The notes under the pieces are model-generated. The model made no database searches. It was given only the letters and a program-made list of their open reading frames with translations, and was not told the DNA's origin. The position numbers and the translations under genes were made by a program. A DNA stretch of 64,000 nucleotides, from assembly GCF_006345805.1 (NCBI RefSeq), contig NC_042998.1, forward strand, positions 170,810,001-170,874,000. The letters run 5' to 3'. This document shows positions 35,242 to 50,322 of the stretch, piece after piece. This stretch comes from Octopus sinensis. Its lineage: Eukaryota. Within the stretch, counting starts at the first letter, position 1. Each line of letters begins with the position of its first letter.

Positions 35242-37361
35242 TGAGGCAGGGGCTCTGTCTATGGTATTTTCAGGTCCTTCATGACCATTGACATTAATGT
35301 GATTCATGTTCCATTTTAGCCTTTTGTTACCATATTTATTATAAAATCTGGCAATGAAATTGACTGTATCTCAATTAATTTTTTTAAAAATGAAGAATTT
35401 AGAGAAATTTATAACATAACTTGTTCATTATTAATTTGGTGTTTGGAACAGAACTGAAAAAAAGATTTAACCCTTTTGCATGTATGTTTTATGTTCAAAT
35501 CAGACATATCCTGCCTCTCACACCTATCCTATGACCACATTATCAAAGTCTCAAGGCTATGAGACAATGCATGATTAATTCAAAACAATGTGAATAAATA
35601 AGCATTACATTTGACAGAATAATTTGAATGCTAAAGAGTTACATACAAACATTTTAAAACAAATGGTTTTGTATCATGGGATTGAAGGCTGTCTTGAGTG
35701 GATTGATATAGAAAGGATTAAATTTTTGCAGGTTGATACCTGCAGGAAAAACTGTGCAAGAAGGGAATTTTGTTTCTGTGCCCCAGTTAGGTCCTCATTC
35801 AAATCTAGCCAGATTTGTATTGCAGTAGATTCAATTGACATTATCCTCCTCCCTTTTAAATTAGCTTATTCCAGTATGAAAAATTATTATAATTATTAAT
35901 GGCAGAATCAATATTGAGCTGGACACCATTCTTTGTGGTACTTAGTTCTGTTTCAGTCTCATTCTGCTTGGTCAATTTTTTCCTTTCATTATTCCAGAAT
36001 TGATACAATAAATTACCATTCAAGTAGTGTGGTTGATTTAATTGAATAACCCCTCTATCAAAATATATAACATATGTGGCCTTGTGTGCCTACATTATAA
36101 ATATAAATGTAAATACTATTATAGGTCATGAAGGAGCCTCTACTATGTTGCTCAGAATAGCAGCCAAATCTGTCTCAGATCACACTACTATCTTAAGGAA
36201 AGTGCACAGTGAATAATGTATTATGTACAATACCTGAAAATAAGATGCAATGGTCATAGACAGAAGGCCTTTCATCATATGTATTTGATTGGAGCTGACA
36301 TGTGGTTAAAAAACATTATTACAGAAATTTAAGATGAGTTCCCAGTTTCTCCTTTTACTTTTATTTCACTTGAGATAGGGAACTGAGTATTTTACAATCT
36401 TTCACCACAGAAGGGAAAGGAACTATATTTTCATGTTGCTTTTAGTATATAACACTTACACTGTATGTACAAGTATTAACAGTAATAAATTATATATTTC
36501 TAAAGGATTATGTGACTGGCCTGGACATAAGTTCTCAAACTAGAGTCTCCTCACCATTAGAGAAATAGAATAAGTACCAATAATATAATGCTATTGGTTT
36601 GCTCTACTCTACCTTGATAATTTGTAATTGTAATGCAGCAAAATTTTTATCATTGAATGAATGAAATCATTTTACCATTTGAAAATTGTTAGCTGTTCAT
36701 GTCATGTCTGACAACCTTTACAGTGTTCACAGAGCATTGAGCAGCAGCCATGATGTTGAGATTTTGATATCTGATGCAAATCATCATGATACAGGCGACT
36801 CTTTTCCAATATTTAGCTTCTAGTCCTCCCAACTCAGCTAACTTTTTCTCAGCTACTACTTCAATCTTTATTCTCTTTATTGCCATTGACTGTTACTGTT
36901 CATACATCAAAATGTTCCTGAAAAAAAGGAGACAAAAAACTTGTCCAATTACACCAGAATACTGTGTGTGTGTACACACACACACACTAACATGGTCCTC
37001 CAACTCAACAAGAATGGCAGTACCTCTGAATAAGAACCAACGTGGACTGAGGCAATGCATTCAGCCTGTGTTAGCTTTGAAGGCAAATAAAAATTATGTT
37101 GATAGTGATAATATACATATTTTTTATTACTCAAAGAGGCAGTACCTATCCACTTTAGACTGTCCCAGACTGGTGAGGTTGATGTAGTGGAGTTTCAGCT
37201 TCACTTTCTGTAGATTGACATCTTGTAGTAAAACATCTGTTTGAACAAGCCACAAAAGGAGTCCTTAGGTGGTTGCTTAACCTACAAGAAATAATCAAAT
37301 TTCCTTAAATAATAGTACAATAATGTACAAAAATAGTACATTAGATAATGTAATCTTAGAC

Positions 37362-39269
37362 ATATAGAGTCAAGGTGACCAATCAGATGTGGTATTACTA
37401 GCTCCTGTATCACAAGCTTGTATTTCACAATGGGTGTAGTTTCTCTGAGGAAAATCAACTACTTGCTTCATTTATTCTATCACAAATAACCATACTGACT
37501 GGTACCAAACAACAGAAAAAGAAAAGCTGGAATAATCAAAGCTAGAATTTAACCTGGGATTAAACAAGTCTTTCTATTAAGTGAAAGGCTTGGGTAGGAT
37601 CATGACAACAAGGAGAGGGGAATGCATCAAGTTCAGAGAAGCATACATCATAGTAGTAGTTATTAAAAGATAAGAGAAAAAAAAATGTGTCAATGAGTTA
37701 GTGGTTATGTGTACAAGTCTGTCAATCTTTTTTTCAGATGCAGAAGATGTTTGTGTTTGTCCTGGTAGGTAGATCGCACTTTAGTTTTGTAGTGGGTCAG
37801 CAGCTTATCAGCTCTGAGGAATGTTTTGGCTTTAAGAGATAGGAGGGTATTGATATATAAGAAATTGCAGATAGTTAGGCTCAAGTATTTGTAATGTTTT
37901 TGAAAGTGGAGTGTTGCTCGCATTTAGGGAGAATACAGAGGAAGACTTTATTTGAAATGTATAGGGATTATACTTTTGTTTCATTGGAGACTAGGTTATC
38001 ATGACTATTAGATGGCATTTTGAGGTTTTTGACATATAAGAATATTTAAAAGTTGTTCAGTTAGTTTAATGACATACTCAGTGAATTAACAAGCAAAGTG
38101 GTTGAGTATTACACAGATCTATGAATTTCTTTAATTCATGTAGAATCAGCATGATGCAATGTTGCAAAGCCAAACCTTTGAATTACAGATACAGTCTACT
38201 TTGCCAGTTTCTACTCAGTTTCTGTTTACTTAATTTCACTTGCTAGGTTTGGTTTGACATGAGACTGTGGTAAAGAAATTTTTTTGATGTCATACTGTGA
38301 GATAGAATGACTGCAAAGTGAACTTCTCAGATAAACAGACAGATAATGTAATCCTACATACCCATAAACAGATTGGATGGTCATGGTTGGAATGCTTTTG
38401 ATCAAAAGTCTCTTCAGCCAGGATTGAGCTGGAGCTAAACCTGTAAATGAGGACTGTCTTAATTATCTCCATGAATTTTCTCTTGAGTTGTTTGAAGAGA
38501 TTAGTAGTATAGATTTTCTTCATATTGATCATTTTCTAGGCAAGGCTCCTATGCATCTTTCCTTACTATGCTTTATTGAAAAAAGGAATGCATTTTAAAC
38601 CAAATTAACATAATTTAAGCATAGCAGGCAAAGTGAACAAGATTTTGGGTTAAAAAAAAAAAAAGTTGACTGGTTACTTTCATGCAAAAAGGTTTGCTGA
38701 AATCACACTGACTGGTACCAAACAACAACAGTTTCAGGACAACCGTGAAGTAGCTGTAAATAAAGTAATTTTTTTTATCACCAGTTCTTTTTCAATAAAA
38801 AGAATTTTGTCTGCTAAAATGTGCCATTTAAAACATGTATTACAATTAAAAATTATTGTATTGTTTATTGCTACTTTTATATTTTTATGTTTATTGAAAA
38901 TTCTTTTTAATATTGCTTGTTTTCCATGTATTTATATTTTTATTGAAGCTGTTTGAACACCATTTGTAAAATAAAGCAATATATTTGGTTATTTTCTTTG
39001 AAATAATTAGCTGTTGGGTTTAGGTTTGAGTTCTTACAGGGATGTCATTCCTTTCAGCAGTCATAATAGTTAATTAAAACCAGTCCATGAGACTGGCTTT
39101 TGAAATGTTATATTGATGTAATAATACCTTTCCAGGAAAAGATATTTGTGATAGAATAAATGAAACAAGTAGTTGATTTTCCTCAGAGAAACTACACCCA
39201 TTGTGAAATACAAGCTTGTGATACAGGAGCTAGTAATACCACATCTGATTGGTCACCTTGACTCTATAT
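37362..39269. mobile_element. Segment bounded by 127-bp near-perfect inverted repeats (37362-37488 and 39143-39269)
   Basis: One mismatch found in 127 bp; the ends lie in ATAT/TA context. Confidence 0.75.
37560..37990 (-). pseudogene. Decayed LINE RT C-terminal fragment inside the inverted repeats
   Basis: YLSLTI and KLLTHYKTKVRS resemble LGLTI and QLLTLYK..IRP of L2/Jockey-group RTs. Confidence 0.45.
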
Positions 39270-40479
39270 AATTTAGGTTAGGTCTGCCTATATGTGACTG
39301 AGATTACAACACTCCCCTCCCTCTCCACTGAATGGGACGCTGGTCTGTCACAAGGTTACCTTCTCAACTATTGCTGGGACTCATTTACAGCTGAGTGGAC
39401 AGGAGTATTGTGAAATGAAGTGTTTTACTCTAGAACACAATGTAATACTGCCTGGTCCAGGAATCAAAATTATGATCATGAGTGCAACCTCCTAGCCACT
39501 AAGGTCATGCACTTTCACTTCTGGTAATTACTTTCATATAAAACCACATATTAGTAACAAAGCAAAACTAAATTTCAGGAATAATGTCATTAACCATTGT
39601 TTGCATACAAGAAAATTGTGTTGTGTAATCAGTTACATTTATGAAACAATTTTTACATGGTATCCAGTGGTGCATAGCAGTAAGTATAATAATTCTGTGT
39701 AAAAAAAAATTGTGTGTGATGAGAAAAAATATATTGATATCAGACACCTTGAGTTAAAAGAAGTGTGAGAAAACACCATAAAACTTTGATGTTAATGAAA
39801 AAAATTGAGGAAGGAAAAAGGTATAAAGAAGCAAGTTGAAATTTTGATCCTGTCAGAATTTTTCCACTGACAAAATAGAGTAGTAATATGAAAACAGGCA
39901 TCTAATATTTTGTTGAACTATCAGGAATTACATTTTTCAATAAGGTTTTTCAGAAACATCTGCATATTTGAGGAGTGTGGGCTGTTACTACAGTAAGTTC
40001 TGACAGACAATCCCCATTACTTGTTCAAGCATCCAGACACTACTGCAGCTCCCGCTTAGTCTATACAAATATAAATTACATTCACTCATGAATGGTAACA
40101 ACATCTATAACCTCATCAACTCCGGACATAGTGCTGGAATGTGTTAAGTTTAGAGAAACAGAAACTATCATGCACCTACCAAATCCACTTTGCTCTGGCC
40201 AACACCAGAATCTAAAGGCATACATGAACAGACAGGGCAGTGAAGAAAATACAACAGATTTAGATTATCATATTGCATTCTTTGAATCATTCATCCATGG
40301 CAGTGGGTGAATATATTAAGGTCAACTTTTAGTTACTTGTAAGCACTTCTAGGCTTCATCACTTAGTCCTCAACCAAATTGGATGTGTGTGTTTTTTTTA
40401 GCATTGATGGTCCTCTACCAAGATACATTTTGAGATAAAATAGTTGAAATTTAGTTCATTAAAAAAAAAAGTTAGGTCA

Positions 40480-41190
40480 AAATATGTGAGGTCAAAAATA
40501 GGAGAGTAAGGCAAAAAATTAACTTTGAATCAAATATCTGTTATTTTAGAAGAAAAGTATAGATTAATTGGGTTTAAAAGAATGTGCTCAATGAGAAGAA
40601 TCTTTTGGTGATGCTCTTGTTAAAAAGTATTAGTAATGAAAAATGTTGTGTCGCTTTAAGTGATGAAAAAAATGGTAAGTAACTCCCAAAATTGACTTTG
40701 AATCAAAATATCTCAGTTATTCTAAAAGAAAACTATACAATAGTTATAGTGCTATAGGATGAATCTTATGGTGAAAACTTAGTCAAAATATACTTGCTAC
40801 AAAGAGAGGTGTGGCCTTTAAGTGATGAAAAAACGATAATTTTAAATTAAAATATTTTTTGTCATTTTAAGATATTTAGTGCTATAAAAGATGGTATCTA
40901 ATGTCATGGGTCTCTTAGCTTAATGGTACAGAATGCTTAACCAGAGTTTGAGAGGTACAGAGTTTGATACTCTATAGCAGCTTGCTAGCTACTTTTTTCT
41001 GTTTTTAAGGCAGCTATACTGCATTTGATATCTACCTCGGAAGAAAGAGCTTTATGAGGAGAATCTTATGGTGAAAACATTGTCAAAAACTATTTGCTAC
41101 AAAAAGGGTTGTGTGGCTTTAAATGATGAAAAAAGGTGATAATTTTAAGAAATCAAAATATTTTTGTCTTTTTAAGAGAAAAATAATATT
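40480..41190 (+). repeat. Degenerate internal direct repeats (GAATCTTATGGTGAAAAC...TTTAAGTGATGAAAAAA, 3 copies)
   Basis: The motif recurs at ~40598, ~40761 and ~41061. Confidence 0.65.
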
Positions 41191-41654
41191 TGAACTCAAA
41201 TTTTGGAGAAAACTTCATCTAAAAATATGAAGCATGAAAGAAGCTACAATTTTTTTTGCAGTTTCATATTTTTATGATTCTGCTTGTGTATTAAAATATG
41301 TACATATTAAAAATCTCACTCTAATCCTCTGTTAATCAAATACTTACAAAGCTTAATTTAGTTCAATACGTAAGCAATACTATAATTTGCGAAAAAATTT
41401 TACTGCACACAGCTCCCTCCAATGTCTTTTTTTCATTTAACTTTTTTTTCTTCTTGTTCTGTACATTTTCAGGCTTAATTACTGCTTGTTCTGTACTTTT
41501 CAAGGTTCAATTCTTAGGAATATTCTAGGATTCTGCACTCACATTTTTCATTCTAGTATTGTATTGTTCTTGACTAGGCTGACACATGTATATCTGCTCT
41601 ACTAGATCTGTGGAATGCCTACATTCATAGCTTTGTCCATAACAACTTTTTCCT

Positions 41655-41755
41655 TTATTTAAAACGATCAATTTAATGGTCTTATTTAAAACGATCAATT
41701 TAATGGTCTCATTTAAAATCATCAATTTAATGATCTCATTTAAAATGATCAATAA
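41655..41755. repeat. 27-bp tandem repeat, ~3.7 units
   Basis: ATTTAAAACGATCAATTTAATGGTCTT; produces the 9-aa repeat in ORF 41525..41905. Confidence 0.9.
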
Positions 41756-44700
41756 CTCCATAAGTGATTTGATATTTTGCATTTGAAATTTCTGAAGTAA
41801 AATTTTAAAACACCTGCAGAGAAAGAATGGTGCAGTACAACTGGAAATTATTTGGGCAGTTTGATTTGCAATCATAGTTTTGGGTTCTCTCCTATTGTAC
41901 AGCACCTTGGACAGGTGTCTTCTATTGCAATTTTGAGTTGCTGAAATTTTTTTTGTGGGTGGGAGGTGGGGGGGGTGATTAAAATTTAGGAAACAGAAAC
42001 TGTGCAGAAGATTGTCAAGTGCGTGTTCGTGTGTGTATCAGTAAGAGATTATCAGTAATTAGGTGCATTGGTAAGAAAAAAAAAAAGCCTTCCTATTACC
42101 AACCAGTTTTCAGCATTTTATCCTGCATTGACATTAAAAGTTGTTGGCCACGTCTAAAAAGTTTTCTCTATCTTATATCAATTTATAAATGGTGTTGTTA
42201 CTACTCTGGATGGTTTACCTTCACTGTGGCTTTCAGAGTCTATGACTCCTCTTTCTTATGTTCTGGAAAATCTTTTGATTAGAGAAATATTTAATTTATA
42301 GTCTTTTTATACAAGTTAAAAATCTTGTCATGGCGTCTGAAATTGTGAATTTACTCTCTCTTTTACTCTTTTACTTGTTTCAGTCATTTGACTGCGGCCA
42401 TGCTGGAGCACCGCCTTTAGTCAAGCAAATTAATGAGCTTTCTTTTAATCTTTTAAATTTATGAACTTATAATAAGCATGTAGATGAAATACAGATGCAA
42501 ACTTGAATTAGATCTAAAACCTATCTAAATTTTGGCAAAATGGGCTGTCTTATTTTTGGCAAACATTTCTTGCTTTTAATTATAATTGATAAAATCTTTT
42601 ACTTTCATTATAAATTTGGATTTGGCAGAGTGAGCCTGATTAACAAATCTTTGCTATTTGTGTCACGCACTCACTCACTCACTCTCTCTCTCTCTCTCTC
42701 TAAATGCACATGACCCTAGAAAGTATACTTTTAGTTTATCTAAACAATATATTTAATCACTGAAAATGTACAGTAACTCAACAGTTAGTCAAATGGGAAG
42801 AATGGCCCTCAATTTGGCAGATAATTTTAGTCTTGGTAAAACACCTATCTCTGCTCTAAGTTCAAATCCCATGGAGGTCAGCATTGCTGTTCACTCTCTT
42901 GGGGGTCAGTAAATAAACTACTCATCCAGATTGGTGGAATTTATAAGTGCATTGGATGAGATGCTTTGTGATATACGTTTCAGCTCTTTACATTCTGATA
43001 GCAACATTAGTGGGATGGAGAAGGAATACTTGCTGCATGGGCAGTTGCTAGTCTTACATAAATCTTGTCCAGGCATTCATTTTGAAGACCTTTCCAAGTA
43101 CACATTACATGAAGCTTGACTGACAGAAGACTTCATATATGTATATCTGTCCTTGAACCCACAATTTCTGATGGAATTGTTAGAGGCAGCATTGCTACAT
43201 ATAGAGAAGCCTGTTATTTTCCTGATCTCACCAGAACTGATGTTTTCCAGAGAGAGGAAGACAAAGAGTTGACTCAAGTACCGAAACTGGTATTTTATTA
43301 ACATAGAAAGGGTGGAAGGCAAAGCTTGTCTTGGTAGTATTTGCAATTAGAGTGCAGAATGTATACTGCGAGCTATTTTATCTGACTCTTTAAAGACTAT
43401 GCCAATTCAGTGCCTTGTATGGTAGTGAATATGGCTATATTAGAGAATGTACTTCCTTTTGCACAAAAACGACAGACAGTTATGGCCAGAAAGCTTTCAC
43501 CATTGGGCTGCACAATCATGGCTGATCTGGGGCTGAATAACAACTGTAAATGCTTCCAGCTGAAGGTTGTCATGGTCTGAATCCTTATTTGGGATTATTG
43601 CTCTTTTAGGAATATTTGGGAGACGTTGTCCTGCTTTTCCTAATGCCAGTCACTTTGCAGAGTGTAATGGGTATACCAACGTTAGTGATGTTACCTTGTA
43701 CCTTGAAAGACAGAAGGGGTCTTCACTGCTCTGCATCATCTCCATCTGTTCAGGACCCAAGTGACTAACAGATTAGGTAGGAGAGAGAGTGATTAGTGAA
43801 AATGAACTAAATAGAGGAGGGGGATAGAGTAATTAGGTGTTAGTGTGGAAGAAGAGTGAGAAATGAGGGAGTCAGTGGTGGAGGAATAATGAGGTAATAA
43901 AGGCTATGTAATAAAAAAAAAAGACAATAATGGTATAGGGGAATGAAGGAGAGAGAGATTGACAGACAGAAAGAATAAACTAGCATTACAATTCTCTCTA
44001 ATAAACATATATGTACACATGTGAGTTTGTTTGTTTATATAATTAGTTTCATGATTTAATCACATTTGCAAATGTTCTGGTTTTCTTAGACATCCTCAAG
44101 ATCAGTTTCATAATATTAATATTCCTGGAAGTTATATGATGATGATGATAAAATATATCTATTACATAAGCTTGAAGATAAATAGATGTCTTGAGAGTAA
44201 TATGGAAACATGCTTTAAAGGAAATAATACTTGCAAGTTGAATATTAGATATACTTAACTGAAAAGGAGTAGAGTCAGCTATTGGCCAAAGTTTTATGCT
44301 CAGTTGCATGAATTATTCAGTGCATACAGATGAAAGGTTATTTCTTCAGTAAGAAATATATTATTTTAAATATCACAAGTTCACCTGTATAAAATGATAT
44401 TGGAAACAAAGAATCTTAACACTCTCTGTTAGGATCTGTTAAAACTTATGAGTGGAAGAAGGAGCATCCACTGTTTGGATTCAATAGGAGAGTAATTGTA
44501 GAGTATGGATTTAGTGATTCAGGACAAGAAGTCTGCTAGTCCCTTATAGATAGATGAAATGCTGAAAGCATTGGTCTTAGTTTAATCAGTTTATGCAGAA
44601 AAATGTTAACTCTAGTGAATGACATAATGGAATCTTCTGTAGTCAGCTCCTTCCAAGTTAAGCTGAAGTGCTTTAAAGAACTCAAATTATAAGGGCTTTG

Positions 44701-46099
44701 AGTTAATAGATTTGATAGCTATGATGTTAGTGTAGGATACGTATAGTTGGTTTTGTAGTATGAGTTTGTATTGAGACACAACCATATTTGTTAGAATTCA
44801 AATTGTAGCAGGACATGATAAATATTCTAGTTTCCATTTGTTGGTTAAGCGAACTTATTTCAGGTTTCATGCATTTTGGTTCTGAGAACAATGAGTAGGC
44901 TAGGTGTAGAGAAATGACTTAAGAAAGGAAAGTACTATAAAGGCCAAGTTCAGCAATGAACTTGGTGAGAAATTTAGCCACAAGAACTTTGTCAGCTCTC
45001 TCTCTCTAGAAACCTTAAAGCAATCTAACTGGAAATAAACCTTTGAGTATGGTTTTGTTCTAATGACCTAGTTCTCATTATTAAATATTTTGAAGGTGTG
45101 TATCAACAATTTGAAAATAAATGTAATAGAAACAAATTTGCTAATTTGGACATGTAATGCAAATCATGTGTTTAGTGAAAAGTTAACCTTACTTAATAGT
45201 GGTGGTGAGAAACGGGAGTAAAATAATGAGTTACAGTGCTTTAAATAGGTGAAGTGAGAAATGAATTTTTATATTGTTCTACTTGTTGCTTTGAATGTCA
45301 GTGATGTAAGTAAAATGGTTTCAGGTGGAAACCAAAGATTAGTTTGTCAAGAATTTATGGCAACATCTTGTCACATACAGTAGCAAAAATAATAATAAGT
45401 TAAAGTTTTGACACAAGGCTAGCAATTTCAGAGAGGTAGGTAAGTTGATTACACTAACCTCAGTGTTCAACTGGTACTTTCTAGCATATTCACAAATCTC
45501 AAGTTTTATGAAAAGGAACAGTTGATTATATTAATTCCTGTGCATGCTTAGTATTTGTCATCTTTGACAGGATTTGAACCCAGAACATAAAGGTATGTAG
45601 CCAAATACTGTAAGGCATTTTGTTGCTCTGATTCTGTCAATCCAATACATTAATATTTTCTAATTTAGGCATCAGGCCACATTATTTGGAGTGGACTGAA
45701 ATCTATTAAATCTAGTATTTGACTTGTACTGTTATCAAATTCTAGAAAGGCAAAACAAGCATGGGACCACTTTTGTAGGGAATTGAATAAATTTTTATTC
45801 CCTACAAGTAACTGGGACTTATTTTACCAAATCATGTTAGTTAAAAACTTTTGGTTCTGAAAAGATTTGATTTTAGAACTATGTAAACCAGAGACAGTGT
45901 AGCATCTGTGACGTCTACTGATTGGGCAAACTGCATTGCTCATATTATGGTAATAAGGAATATTAATTTTGTGTTTTAGAGATTAGATGAAATTTGATAA
46001 AATGAAAATATTTCATTCAAAAGCTTTTGAATATCTAAACATATGCAAACATTGTTTTATGTTTTGATCTTCCTTTTTTTTAATGCAGCTACTTTTTAA

Positions 46100-46308
46100 C
46101 CCTTTAGCATTCAGATTACTCTGTCAAATGTAATGCTTAATTATTCACATTGTCTTGAATTAACCAAGCATTATCTTGTGGCTTCAAAATTTCAATAACA
46201 TAATTGTTTATTTTTACTATGACATTGGAGAGTAGGTGTGAGATGTTGGATCTGGCCAGTTTGAACATAAAACAGGTAGAATATAAAACCAGTTTAAATA
46301 CTAAAGGG
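46100..46308. mobile_element. piggyBac-type MITE, same family as 19142
   Basis: TTAA|CCCTTTAGCATT ... AATACTAAAGGG|TTAA. Confidence 0.82.
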
Positions 46309-49300
46309 TTAAGGTAGGAATGTATTTCTAATTTAAGAAATTTTACTTCTTGCTTATACTTTAAAATCTGAAAATATATTCTACATTAAAGTATATAATT
46401 GAGTTAACCATGTATCTCCTTGACCAAAGAAAAGGCTCTTATTTGAAGAGTATGTTCCACTTAATAATTTTGTGCAGTCATTTACTCTCTGTAAAACTGT
46501 ATTTCCCTGTTTCTCTGCCTGTTTTTATAACCTCTACTCAACTAAATTAGCCAGATCTATTACTTAACTTAGACGCAGCTCTGAGCTGAAACTAGAGAAA
46601 AGAAAAATTCTGACTTTGCTGATTTATCCTTAGTAAAGACCACAAAGAAGGCCATTGATGGGGGGAAAAAATTAATTGCTGAGGTTAATTACTTGGTTTT
46701 TTTTTGTTTTGTTTTCTAAATATGCTAATTTTTCATGCTTACCTATGTACAGTATTGTACATCTACTTACTGATTTTGTTGTCACTATTCTGCTGAGTGA
46801 GATGAAGTCTAATGCTATAATGTTGTCTCATAAGACCAAAATATATTCAAAGTTGTCTCACATATTAAATGAAACGATTTAAATATGTTTTGATGTTTAT
46901 TAAATATGACTTAACTGCTGTTAAATAAGAACAAAAGACTAACCAAAGCCCATGATATAATGAAATGATATGGAAAGATTTGAGTGTATGACAAACATTA
47001 ACTATATTCTTACACAATTTCTTGAGCAGTTCTTTTTCTCCTCAGTAACATTTATTGCTCTTGTGATACTTGTCCTTTTTTGCTTAAGCTTTAACCATTA
47101 GACTTAGAGACTCAATAATGCATGACAAAAGAAAAAAAGAAAAACTTTTCTTTAATTATACTCACTTATATCTTTCTCTCCTTGCCATGTATTTCAACTT
47201 GAAGGAGAAAGGGAGGGTATTGCGAAAATTTGGGGCCTCTATGATGATGAAAATGTAGGTCCATGTACTTGGATAGTAGCTGTTATCAGTAATATTCAGA
47301 CCACTCTCAAATTTTTAGTTATGTTCATTATCTTTGTGTTGATTCGGCAGCTTATTTATTTTGATTTTCTTGAAGTTTTCTGTTTTTTTTCTTTTCTTTT
47401 GCACTTTGAGGAAAAAAGAATTTGAAACCAATAATAATTTCTCCATACATTTTACTTCATTTTCATTTGTAGATCAAAATAAGAGTTCTTGAAGTCTCTG
47501 GTACCTAAAGAAGACATAAGTACTCTTAATTGTTGTATTGCATTTTACTTTGCAAGTGAAACCACTCCACAAAAATATTTGTAGTTTACCAAGCATTATG
47601 TTTAATTTTTATCTTCTACTTTTATGTTAATAAGAGTGGGATAGATTTTCAATATTCAGTATTTCTGTATGATTTATAGAAGAATGCCTTGTAGCAGAAC
47701 ATCATTTTCTACAACTAATCACTTGAAATGCACCTTACATAGAGACCTGATACGTAAACTGTAAACAAGATTTTAACATTACTTCACAAATGTAGTGTAA
47801 TATCTTAATTCTTATCTACTGTATCTTGATCATTTGTAATGAGAAATTTGCTATAGATGTTTAATATGTACAGGAGCCAGATGTAGAAGTGATACAACTA
47901 TTTAGATATGGTATTGGGCTATCAGTCTATTGATCATATAGTTCTTATCAACTGATGAAGCTTCTTGTGACCCTAGGCAAAACACTTAAACTTTCATGCT
48001 TCAAGAGAATGTTACTCATGACAGATTGGTGCCCTATCCATAAACAAAATGCATTTCTTATCTGCTTAATGCTATTAAAATCAGAGCTGCATATGAGTTT
48101 TATGAGATCATGTGGCTCATTGAAACACTTTTTCTTTTCCAATGATTAACAATTTGAATATTTGTCATTCAACTAATATTATGGTATAATGAGTGTTTTG
48201 AATTGATATTGTATTTTGGATATTTAGATTATAAAATTTTGTATTTTTTTTTTATATCAGAGTTTGTTGTGTCATCTCTGCATTAAATTGAATATACTGA
48301 CTAATAATCATATAGACACAAAATAGCTCTGATAATTAAAAATAGATTGAGGTGACAAATTAATGTATGGAGCCTAGGAGGCATTGACCTCACTTAACCA
48401 AGATCACTCAGCCATACACGAGACAGTATCTCTGAATGCCTTCACTATATTATTTACTGGTTCAATAGCCCATTGTTTCCAGGCAGTTTTTATAATATAA
48501 TGTCATATATAAATTTTTGTTTACTCCATGTCAGACCATGCTTTCCCTGACAGATAGCCCTCTTGATCAGAACAGATTTGTAAAATTTTTCAGAAAAAAA
48601 CTTTGTTGAGGATTTTCTTCCTTTTTAAATTATTTACATGTCTGTTCGACCATTTCACATGGCTTTATTCATTAAAACTTATGAAAACTTCAGAAGTTCT
48701 TACAACTTTGGTTGTTGTAATGCTTTACTTTCGTTTGTTTAATAAAAAATCCTCCTCATAATGACTTTGCTTTCATTTTGTGATAGACAGCTATCATGCA
48801 GAAAATGCCAGCTTCCAAATCCTGTTTTCTGATTAGATAAAATTGATTAAACTTTAAACCTCAGTAACATTTTTCTGCAATTTTCTGGAACAAATAAATA
48901 ACAAAATCAGATTTAATGTAGAAAATTATTTCAATATACCAAATTTGAAAATTTTGATGTAATTTTAAAATTTCACCGTGTGATAGCAACAGAGAAGACC
49001 CTACAAAAGTAGAGAGACAGACAGTTATAGGACATCACACACACACACACAACACACACACACACACACACACAAATGTACACACAAGTAATCACAAATT
49101 TAAAATGGTGTATAGTAGACATGTATGTATGTACATATGTGTGTGTGTTTCTTTGCGATGGACAGCAGAAAAGCCACCTACCCCCTCTCTCCTTAAAGCT
49201 ACATATTCCTCACACCCACCTTTCTTTCCCTTCCTCAGCATTTTAAAAGTTATTTATGACAGCTGTATTAACATTATCATCCACTGCAACTCCATATTTG

Positions 49301-50092
49301 TTGCTTACATAACAGTGTTCTCCCCTTCCCTGATATCAGCCACACTCACTATGCCACCATATTTCCCTCACACTAACGTTCTTTGCACCCTTATTTTATC
49401 AAATAATAGCCCAACCCCCTAGGTAGGGGACATTATAGATTTTTAGTGAAATCCAGTCAACTTATAATTCAACTGGATGTTAGTTTAACATGTATGCAAA
49501 GTTTCATCAAGATTAGTTCACTGGTGTAGGCAGCAAGATGGTAACAGACAGAAATTGCCATTCATGTATATGATTGTAGCTTAACCTTAGAAGACCAGTA
49601 TATCTTGAATAAAATGATTAGAGAGAATGTCTTGTGCACTTTTTATTTAAAAAATGTTTTGTTGCTGGTTTTGGTAATTGAACTGTCATTGACCATATTT
49701 GAATATTGTTTCCAAGGGTTTTTTGTCAATCTATTAACCCCTTAAGTTATTTTCAGTCTGATACCAAAATAAGTGAAGTAAACTTTTGACATAAAAGAAT
49801 GCCACTTGATATAGCATTTTGCATCATTTATGCTCACTCTGTCTCTCTCTCTCCACACATACATGCACACATACACACTTTCTCTTTCACTTACAAATAT
49901 TACAACAATCTTCCTCAGTTTCCATCTACCAAATTTCATTCACAATAAGTTGGTTAACCTGAGTGTACAGCAGAAAACACCTACCAAAGATGCTGCTCAA
50001 GGGAATTGAGCCTGAGGTTATATGGTGGCTAAAAATACTTATCTTCACACAACCATTCCTTCTTTTTATCAATTAATACTTGACAGTCAACA

Positions 50093-50322
50093 CCTATTTC
50101 TTTACTACCCACAAGGGGCTAAACACAGAGGGGACAAATAAGGACAGACAAACGGATTAAGTCAATTATGTTGACCCCAGTGCGTAACTGGTACTTAATT
50201 TATCGACCCTGAAAGGATTGAAAGGCAAAGTCGACCTTGGCGGAATTTGAACTTAGAACGTAGCGGCAGACGAAATACGGCTACGCATTTCACCCGACAT
50301 GCTAACCTTTCTGCCAGCTTGT
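50093..50322 (-). mobile_element. SINE family B
   Basis: Closely matches 860-1090. Confidence 0.82.

Noticed and set aside
36689-36886. ORF MAIKRIKIEVVAEKK... as a host exon
   Set aside because: It faintly resembles a Tc1/mariner-type N-terminal helix-turn-helix, but neither TIRs nor a gene model could be established.
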